Source: Alkalispirochaeta sp.
Lineage (GTDB): Bacteria; Spirochaetota; Spirochaetia; DSM-27196; Alkalispirochaetaceae
DNA length: 64,000 nt
Reading direction: 5' to 3'
Assembly (NCBI GenBank): GCA_965242725.1
Contig: CBDESZ010000025.1
Span: 256,001-320,000 of the forward strand
The notes under the pieces are model-generated. The model was not told where the DNA came from, searched no databases, and worked only from the letters and a program-made list of their open reading frames with translations. The stretch's first letter is position 1, and the number at the start of each line of letters is the position of its first letter. Position numbers and translations under genes: made by a program. Shown here piece after piece: positions 32,838 through 39,792 of the stretch.

Positions 32838-32854
32838 AGCGCGCTCCTTAGACA

Positions 32855-32926
32855 TGTCGCATTATTTGAACGTCAGTATATATACTGCAACAATGTCATT
32901 CTCAATCGCCTTTCACGCTTTGTCAA
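32855..32926 (-). promoter_or_regulatory. gdhA promoter + tandem operator (site D)
   Basis: TTGACA(32926-21)-17-GAGAAT(32903-898), 5 nt, TGTTGCAGTATATATACT-GA-CGTTCAAATAATGCGACA (32892-32855). Confidence 0.75.
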
Positions 32927-32952
32927 GGAAGAATTATCGGATCGATTTTTTC

Positions 32953-33025
32953 TTGACAGTCCGAAGGTTCCGGTGCAGAATAGGTCTTGTTGCAAGATAG
33001 TAACATATGTTCAAATAACGGAACA
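32953..33025 (+). promoter_or_regulatory. Transaminase-asd-TRAP operon promoter + tandem operator (site A)
   Basis: TTGACA(32953-58)-17-CAGAAT(32976-81), 6 nt, TGTTGCAAGATAGTAACA-TA-TGTTCAAATAACGGAACA (32988-33025). Confidence 0.8.
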
Positions 33026-33052
33026 CAGAATTATATAATAGGAGATGGAATA

Positions 33053-34429
33053 ATGAGTGATCGATTTTCTGAGCTATCCCTCAGTGAAGCGCCGGTAATT
33101 AAGGTAACCCCTCCCGGACCCAAGTCAAAAGAGCTGCTTGATGCGCAGGCGAAACTTGAAGGATCCGCCGTATCATATCCCAAGGGGATGCCCATGGCCA
33201 TAAAGCGGGGCAAGGGCGCAACCATCGAGGATGTGGACGGAAACGTGTATATCGATATGTTCGGGGGAGCCGGCGTCATGGCAGTCGGTCACGGCCATCC
33301 TGACGTTCTGAAAGCCGCCCATGATGCGATCGAACAGTATACCCATACACTGGATATTCCCACGGAAGTGCGGAAGACGATGGTGGACACCCTGCGGGAA
33401 CTCCTCCCCTCGGAGCTTTCCCGGGTTTTCTTCGGCGGTCCCACCGGCTCCGACGCGGTCGAACAGGCGATCAAGCTTGCCCGGTACAATACCGGCCGAC
33501 ACGAGATCATCGCCTTTCACGGTGCGTACCACGGCATGACCGGTGTCGCCCTGGCGCTCACCACCGATGACAGCCATCGCAAGGGTATGGAGCCCCTCGT
33601 TCCGGGAATCCGCTTCATCCCCTACGATTACAAGTATCGTTCTCCCTTCGGCGAGCCCGAAGAAGACAGCGATCTTCGCGCGGCGGACTATCTGGACATG
33701 GTTTTGACCAACTCGCACTCCGGGTTCGGCAAGCCTGCGGCGGTTATTCTGGAATCGGTACAGGGCGAAGGTGGAACGATCATACCCAGCGTACGTTTCA
33801 TGCGCCGAGTCAGGGAAATCACCAAGAAACACGACGTGATTCTCATCTGTGACGAAATCCAGGCGGGACTGGGCCGTACCGGAAAGATGTTTGCCTTTGA
33901 ACACTACGGAGACGACTTTGTCCCCGATATCATCACGATGTCCAAGGCCCTTGGAGGCATCGGATTCCCGATCTCCGCCATCGCATACAAGGAAGAGCTC
34001 AATACCTGGCCCGCCGGTGCCTCCATCGGTACCTTCCGCGGAAACATGGTCGCCTTTGCCGCCGGCGCGGCAGCGCTTCGCTTCATGAAGGACAATGATG
34101 TGCCGGGCTACGCTGCGGAACTGGGCGCCAGGATGCTCAAGGAACTCAAGAAGCTTGAGACGGAAACCAAAATCGTCGGTGAAGCACGCGGAATCGGTCT
34201 CATGTTCGGTATCGAAATCGTGCGTGACCAGAAAACGAAAGAACCCGCCGGCGATCTCGCCAAAAAGGTCAGAAAATACGCTCATCAGCGGGGCGTCATG
34301 ATCGAGGTAGGCGGTCACCACGGGAACGTTGCCCGACTCCTTCCGCCGCTCATCATCTCCGAAGAGCTTGCAATGAAGGGCGTGAAGATCATCACCGAGG
34401 TCATCAAGGACATCGAGAAAGAGCTGTAG
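33053..34429 (+). CDS. Diaminobutyrate:2-oxoglutarate transaminase (EctB/Dat-type class III aminotransferase)
   Basis: GPTGSDAVEQAIKLAR, FHGAYHGMT, ESVQGEGG, DEIQAGLGRTG, SKALGG, GTFRGN. Confidence 0.85.
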   Translation: MSDRFSELSLSEAPVIKVTPPGPKSKELLDAQAKLEGSAVSYPKGMPMAIKRGKGATIEDVDGNVYIDMFGGAGVMAVGHGHPDVLKAAHDAIEQYTHTLDIPTEVRKTMVDTLRELLPSELSRVFFGGPTGSDAVEQAIKLARYNTGRHEIIAFHGAYHGMTGVALALTTDDSHRKGMEPLVPGIRFIPYDYKYRSPFGEPEEDSDLRAADYLDMVLTNSHSGFGKPAAVILESVQGEGGTIIPSVRFMRRVREITKKHDVILICDEIQAGLGRTGKMFAFEHYGDDFVPDIITMSKALGGIGFPISAIAYKEELNTWPAGASIGTFRGNMVAFAAGAAALRFMKDNDVPGYAAELGARMLKELKKLETETKIVGEARGIGLMFGIEIVRDQKTKEPAGDLAKKVRKYAHQRGVMIEVGGHHGNVARLLPPLIISEELAMKGVKIITEVIKDIEKEL

Positions 34430-34454
34430 GATACGGGTGGAGAAGGAACAATTT

Positions 34455-35483
34455 ATGGCTAAAGATAGATATAATGTAGCCGTCGTCGGCGCCCTGGGCG
34501 TCGTCGGAACGGAAATGATGAAGACACTGGAGCGGCGGAACTTTCCTATTGCCGAGTTTCGACCTCTCGATATTCCCGAAAATGCGGGAAAGGAAGTCAC
34601 CTTCAACGGGAAGCCCGTCAAAGTGCAGGCGGCGGTCAAGGAAAACTTCAAGGGTATCGATATTGCGATCTTTTCCGCAGGCGCCACCGCATCAAAAGCG
34701 CTGGCACCCCAGGCGGTTGAGATGGGCGCCGTGGTCGTGGACAACTCCTCGGAGTGGCGTATGAATCCGGAATGCCCCCTGGTCGTCCCGGAAGTGAATC
34801 CCGACGACCTGAAGTGGCACAAGGGGATCATCCCCAACCCCAACTGTTCGACAATTCAAATGGTGGTCGCCCTCAAGCCTCTCCACGATGCCGGCAAGAT
34901 CAAGCGGATCGTCGTCTCCACCTACCAGGCTGCGTCCGGTGGTGGTGCAAAAGGGTTGAACGGGCTCGCCGCGGAAGCTGAGGAGTACATGAAGACGGGC
35001 AAGCAGGTCGCACCGCGGGTGCATCCGGTACAGCTCGCCTTCAATGCGGTGCCCCATATCGACGTCTTCCAGGAACATGGTTACACCAAGGAAGAGTTCA
35101 AGATGGTCAATGAGACCAAGAAGATCATGGGCGACGACTCCATAGAGGTAAACCCGACGGCGGTACGCATACCCGTCTATTACGGCCACTCTGAATCGAT
35201 AAACATCGAGACGGAAAAGAAGATCACCGCCGACGAGGCGCGGGCGCTTCTTTCCAAAGCCCCGAGCATCATCGTGAAGGATGATCCCGCCAACAACGTG
35301 TATCCCACGCCGCTGGAATCCAACGATGTGGATGAGACGATGGTGGGGCGGATCCGGGAGGATCTGACGATCAAGAACGGTCTGAACCTCTGGGTCGTCT
35401 CCAACAACATACGGAAGGGTGCGGCACTCAACGCCGTACAAATCGCCGAAACACTGGTGAAAATGGACCTGGTTCGGGTATGA
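34455..35483 (+). CDS. asd: Aspartate-semialdehyde dehydrogenase
   Basis: VVDNSSEWRM, LVVPEVN, NPNCST (catalytic Cys), STYQAASG, GHSE, NIRKGAALNAVQIAE. Confidence 0.96.
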   Translation: MAKDRYNVAVVGALGVVGTEMMKTLERRNFPIAEFRPLDIPENAGKEVTFNGKPVKVQAAVKENFKGIDIAIFSAGATASKALAPQAVEMGAVVVDNSSEWRMNPECPLVVPEVNPDDLKWHKGIIPNPNCSTIQMVVALKPLHDAGKIKRIVVSTYQAASGGGAKGLNGLAAEAEEYMKTGKQVAPRVHPVQLAFNAVPHIDVFQEHGYTKEEFKMVNETKKIMGDDSIEVNPTAVRIPVYYGHSESINIETEKKITADEARALLSKAPSIIVKDDPANNVYPTPLESNDVDETMVGRIREDLTIKNGLNLWVVSNNIRKGAALNAVQIAETLVKMDLVRV

Positions 35484-36688
35484 ACATTCGAGAGGAGATC
35501 CTGGAACTGAAGGATGAGTTGATTCACATCCGTCGGGATCTGCACATGCATCCGGAACTCGGTTTTGAAGAGTTTCGAACTGCCGATATTATCGAGCAGT
35601 ATCTGCGGGAGCTGGGGCTGGAGCCCCAGCGCCTCGCACAGACGGGCGTTGTTGCGACGATGGCAGGAACCGCCATCGGCAGCTCCGACGGCCCGACGCT
35701 CATGCTTCGGGCGGACATCGACGCGCTCCCCATTCAGGAAGAGACGGATGTCCCCTACAAGTCGCTCAACGACGGTGTCATGCACGCCTGCGGTCATGAC
35801 GCCCATACGGCGATCCTGCTGATTACCGCGAAGGTGTTGAGCCGCCATCGGGACAAAATCAAGGGCAAGGTGAAGTTTCTCTTTCAGCCCAATGAAGAGG
35901 TTGCCGGTGCGGAAATCATGGTCGCCGAGGGGGCGCTTGAAAACCCCCGGGTCGACGCGGCGATGGGTATTCACATCTGGACGCCCCTCTTGAGCGGACA
36001 GATCGCCGCTACCGTCGGGGGTGTCATGGCGAGCATGGACGTCTTTCATATCGTCATCAAGGGGAAGGGCGGTCACACGGGATATCCCGATTCCGCGATC
36101 GACCCGATCATCTGCGCGGCCAACCTTATCGAGACGGCCCAGCGCATTCAGACGCGGGATATCAGCCTCTTATATCCCACCAACCTCATGTTTTCCAAAA
36201 TCACTTCAGGTACAAAAAACAACATCATTCCGGATCAGGTCGAGATTGAAGGTACTTTACGGTACCTTTATGAGCCGACGGAGGAGTTTAACCCTGCACG
36301 GAGATTGGAAGAGGTGGTACAATCGGTATGTGCCGTGCACCGTTGCGGGTATGAGTTCTCCATAGAGACGGAGAACGAGGTCGTCGTCAACGCGCCGGAA
36401 ATGGTGCAACTCGTCCGGGAGACGGCGGCGGAAATGGTTGAAAGTAAAAAAGACCTGGTGGAGCATCGCTCCATGGCAGGCGAGGATTTTGCGGCCTACG
36501 CAAAACGGGTTCCATCGGCGTTCATACACGTCGGCACGCGGGATCCGGAGAAAGGGAGTGACTATCCCCATCACAGTCCCCACTTCAATATCGACGAGGA
36601 AACACTGCCGACGGGGGTAGAACTGTTCGTTCGGTCGACCGAGCGATTTTTTGAACGGGAATGGGACTTCGACGTAAGTCGAAGTTAA
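35480..36688 (+). CDS. M20D amidohydrolase (N-acyl-amino-acid amidohydrolase family)
   Basis: RRDLHMHPELGFEE, LRADIDALP, MHACGHDAH, FQPNEE, GEDFA, HHSPHF; ATGA-coupled to asd. Confidence 0.9.
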   Translation: MNIREEILELKDELIHIRRDLHMHPELGFEEFRTADIIEQYLRELGLEPQRLAQTGVVATMAGTAIGSSDGPTLMLRADIDALPIQEETDVPYKSLNDGVMHACGHDAHTAILLITAKVLSRHRDKIKGKVKFLFQPNEEVAGAEIMVAEGALENPRVDAAMGIHIWTPLLSGQIAATVGGVMASMDVFHIVIKGKGGHTGYPDSAIDPIICAANLIETAQRIQTRDISLLYPTNLMFSKITSGTKNNIIPDQVEIEGTLRYLYEPTEEFNPARRLEEVVQSVCAVHRCGYEFSIETENEVVVNAPEMVQLVRETAAEMVESKKDLVEHRSMAGEDFAAYAKRVPSAFIHVGTRDPEKGSDYPHHSPHFNIDEETLPTGVELFVRSTERFFEREWDFDVSRS

Positions 36689-36709
36689 AAAAAAACAGGA
36701 GGTATTCTT

Positions 36710-37783
36710 GTGGCAAAGAAAATCTTTGTACTAACGATGCTGCTGGTGTTTGCAGTGAGCATGACCGGGCTGTTTGCCGAAGGCAATCAGGAACGGGGTG
36801 GTGGAGGAACCACTCAGGTGATTGAAGCTCGACTCGCATCGGAAGAGATCGAAGGCGACTTCATGACCGTATGGGCGAACAACTTCGCCGACTACATGCG
36901 GGAAGCAACGGACGGCGGATACGATCTGGACGTCTATCCCTATGGTGCGATCGGTGATACCCGTGACATCAACGAGCTGGCTCAGCTCGGTGTTGTGGAA
37001 TGGGTCTTCTCCGACTACGCCTGGATCAGTGCATTTGTGCCGCAGGCACAGGTCCTGGCCCTCAACTACCTGTGGCCCCGTGACAAGGTAGCCGAGGTCG
37101 TCGAGTGGGTCGTGAAGAACGGCGAAACGATGGATCTTCTTGAAAATCACTTCCGCCGGAACGGCCTCGTTCCCCTCTCAATCATGTTTGAAGGCTGGCA
37201 GTGGGTAACTTCCACCGATCCGGTCAGCACGCTTGAGGAGATGCAGGGCGTTAAGGTCCGTGTCATGGGCTCCCAGATGCTTGTTGCCAACTATCGCTCC
37301 TATGGATACAGCCCCACGCCGATGAGCTACGGTGAAGTCTACAGCGGTCTTCAGACCGGTCTGATTGATGCACAGATCAACCCGCTCTTCGCGATTTACA
37401 GCATGAAGTTCTACGAGCCGACCCGCTATTTCACCCAGATGTGGGCGGAACCGTTCCTCGGAATTCCCACGGCCAACATGCAGCACTTTGATTCTCTTCC
37501 TGAAGAGTATCAGCAGCTGATGCGCGACTGGTGGGCGGACGCGATCGTTCCCGCCGGTGAGTGGATCAATGAGAAGAACGCCGGATTCCGCGAGGCGATT
37601 ATGGAAGAAAAACCCTCCATCGTCTGGAACGAGTTCAGCGATGAGCAGATCGCCGAAGCGACCGAAATTGCACGGACCGTCGATGCGGACTTCATCAAGG
37701 CCGGTGGTGACGGTGCTGAAGAGTTGCTCGACACGCTCCTTCGCGACATTGAAGAAGCAAAACAGGCGCTTGGCGTAGACTAA
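36710..37783 (+). CDS. TRAP transporter substrate-binding protein, TeaA/UehA-like (ectoine/hydroxyectoine)
   Basis: Signal peptide; SEEIEG, YPYGAIG, KVRVMGS, PTPMSYGEVYSGLQTGLIDAQINP resembling TeaA; context. Confidence 0.8.
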   Translation: MAKKIFVLTMLLVFAVSMTGLFAEGNQERGGGGTTQVIEARLASEEIEGDFMTVWANNFADYMREATDGGYDLDVYPYGAIGDTRDINELAQLGVVEWVFSDYAWISAFVPQAQVLALNYLWPRDKVAEVVEWVVKNGETMDLLENHFRRNGLVPLSIMFEGWQWVTSTDPVSTLEEMQGVKVRVMGSQMLVANYRSYGYSPTPMSYGEVYSGLQTGLIDAQINPLFAIYSMKFYEPTRYFTQMWAEPFLGIPTANMQHFDSLPEEYQQLMRDWWADAIVPAGEWINEKNAGFREAIMEEKPSIVWNEFSDEQIAEATEIARTVDADFIKAGGDGAEELLDTLLRDIEEAKQALGVD

Positions 37784-37859
37784 GCAAATACGAGACGGCA
37801 TGGACTGTTCACGGTTCATGCCGTCTTTGTATATTCAAAAAGAGGGAGAGTGGTACCCA

Positions 37860-38417
37860 ATGAGTAACGAACCACAGGAAAAAATCACGATCGGGCGACG
37901 CGTAAGTCTCGTGGTCGACTGGTTTGAGGTGGGAGCCTTGAGTCTTTCGACAGCGGCGCTTGCGATCCTCCTGATCGCCAACGTCATCGCCCGGACCTTT
38001 TTTCAGGCGATCTATTTTGCCGAGGAACTTGCGGAGTTTCTCGTCGTCTTTACAACATTTGTCGGTGTGAGCTACGCCGCACGGAAGGCGCGACATATCC
38101 GAATGGGCGCATTTCTGGATTCAATGCCGCCGAAAGTGGAAAAGGTCTTCATTTACGTAATTTCCGCAATCAGTGCGGTGGTGATGTTTATCATGGCCTA
38201 TCACTCCTGGAACTACATGCTCACCGCCCGAATGATGGGGCAGACCACCCAGGCGCTGAGAATGCCCTACTGGATCACCCTCGTCATCGTCCCGATCGGT
38301 TTCGCGAGTGCGGGAATTCAATACGTCAGGACGGTCTGGAAAAATATTCTTGAAGAAGACGTCTGGCAGTCTCCCGAGCAGCAGAGTGAATACGAAGACG
38401 AGATAGGGGGCTACTGA
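37860..38417 (+). CDS. TRAP transporter small permease (DctQ, TeaB-like)
   Basis: IANVIAR, IYFAEEL, ARHIRM; 4 TM. Confidence 0.88.
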   Translation: MSNEPQEKITIGRRVSLVVDWFEVGALSLSTAALAILLIANVIARTFFQAIYFAEELAEFLVVFTTFVGVSYAARKARHIRMGAFLDSMPPKVEKVFIYVISAISAVVMFIMAYHSWNYMLTARMMGQTTQALRMPYWITLVIVPIGFASAGIQYVRTVWKNILEEDVWQSPEQQSEYEDEIGGY

Positions 38418-38418
38418 T

Positions 38419-39708
38419 ATGACGTTATTATGGGTAAGTATGGTGGTGATGCTCCTGATGGGTTTTCCCTTCATGGTGCTCATCCTCGGATCGTTGCTGC
38501 TCCATGTCGGTATCAATATGCCGTCATTCAATTTCAGCAACGTCATGGTTCAACAGGTCCTCACCGGCCTGACTCCTCCGGCGCTTCAGGCGGTCCCGAT
38601 GTTTATCCTCGGAGCGGGGATTCTTACTTCAGGCAAGGCGGCACGGAAGCTGATCGACATGGTTCGTGTCATGGTCGGTCACATACCGGGCGGTCTCGCC
38701 ATCACCACAAACGCAAGCTGTACCCTCTTCGGTGCCGTATCGGGCTCCACCCAGGCGACGGTGGCGGCGATCGGCGGTACGATGCGACCGATGCTCCTTG
38801 AGGCGGGATACAAGAGTCCCTTTACCCTGGGGCTCATCATTAATGCCAGTGATATCGCCCTGCTCATTCCACCGAGTATCGGCTTTATCGTCTACGGTGT
38901 CGTGACCAACACCTCCGTGGGTAAGCTCTTTCTCGCCGGTGTATTGCCGGGTATTCTCATCTTTGTCCTCTTTTCCATATACGCCTATATATACTCCGTC
39001 CGCCATAAGGTGGGTGTCGCTCCAAAGGCGACGACCAAAGAGCGTATTTCGGCGCTCAAAGAGGGGTTCCCCGTTCTCGGCTTTCCGATCATTATCGTCG
39101 GAGGTATTTACGCCGGTATCTTCAGCCCGACGGAAGCGGCGGCGGCGGCGGTGCTCTACGCAATCTTCATTGAAATTACCATATACCGCACCATGACGTG
39201 GAAAGGGCTGGTCAAGGTACTTCTCGATACGGGTGTCATTACCGGTGTCGTATTTGTCCTTGTCGGTGCGGGGCAGGCATTCTCCTGGCTCATCAGCTTC
39301 CTGCGTATCCCCGAGGCGATCATGCCGGCGATTCTCGGAACCGATCCCTCGCAGCTTCAGGTCATCATCACCGTGATCATCGCCTACTTTATTGCGTGTA
39401 TGTTCGTAGATCCCATCGTGGCGATTTACGTCTTCTCGCCGATATTTGCACCGTATGTCGTTGCCACGGGTATCGATCCGGTGTTCCTCGGTGTCCTCGT
39501 AACCCTTCAGGCGGCGATCGGCTCCGCAACGCCGCCCTTCGGGTGCGACATCTTCACGGCACAGCTGATATTCAGGCGTCCATACCTGGAAGTCATTCGA
39601 AATACGCCGCCCTTTATACTCCTCCTTATCCTTGCAACGGCACTCATCGTTATCTTTCCCGAGATTGCGACGTTCCTGCCGGACAATATGATGAATCTTG
39701 GTGGATGA
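38419..39708 (+). CDS. TRAP transporter large permease (DctM, TeaC-like)
   Basis: FGAVSGSTQATVAAIG, NASDIALLIPPSIG, FSPTEAA, IGSATPPFGCDIF. Confidence 0.92.
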   Translation: MTLLWVSMVVMLLMGFPFMVLILGSLLLHVGINMPSFNFSNVMVQQVLTGLTPPALQAVPMFILGAGILTSGKAARKLIDMVRVMVGHIPGGLAITTNASCTLFGAVSGSTQATVAAIGGTMRPMLLEAGYKSPFTLGLIINASDIALLIPPSIGFIVYGVVTNTSVGKLFLAGVLPGILIFVLFSIYAYIYSVRHKVGVAPKATTKERISALKEGFPVLGFPIIIVGGIYAGIFSPTEAAAAAVLYAIFIEITIYRTMTWKGLVKVLLDTGVITGVVFVLVGAGQAFSWLISFLRIPEAIMPAILGTDPSQLQVIITVIIAYFIACMFVDPIVAIYVFSPIFAPYVVATGIDPVFLGVLVTLQAAIGSATPPFGCDIFTAQLIFRRPYLEVIRNTPPFILLLILATALIVIFPEIATFLPDNMMNLGG

Positions 39709-39737
39709 GAGGCAACAACGCGTTAACACCATAACGG

Positions 39738-39770
39738 AAGACCGGCCGCTGAAGCGGTCGGTCTTTTTTT
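39738..39770 (+). terminator. Intrinsic terminator of the transaminase-TRAP operon
   Basis: AAGACCGGCCGCT-GA-AGCGGTCGGTCTT followed by a T tract. Confidence 0.85.
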
Positions 39771-39792
39771 ATATACTGACTGAGGGGGCCAC

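Noticed and set aside
32874..32887. Perfect palindrome CAGTATATATACTG as an independent site
   Set aside because: It lies within operator site D and is better explained as part of it; a second factor is not excluded
33173..34843. Long antisense ORF (556 aa), and similar ones such as 329-1690, 8747-9838, 19468-20610, 30133-31239, 38629-39732, 55158-56276
   Set aside because: Shadow ORFs opposite well-supported genes in GC-rich DNA, with no motifs
30022..35483. Ectoine biosynthesis cluster (ask-asd-ectB)
   Set aside because: No ectA or ectC is in the window. The genes are co-transcribed with an amidohydrolase and uptake TRAP and share an operator with doeA-eutBC, so catabolism fits better. 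Biosynthetic use cannot be fully excluded.
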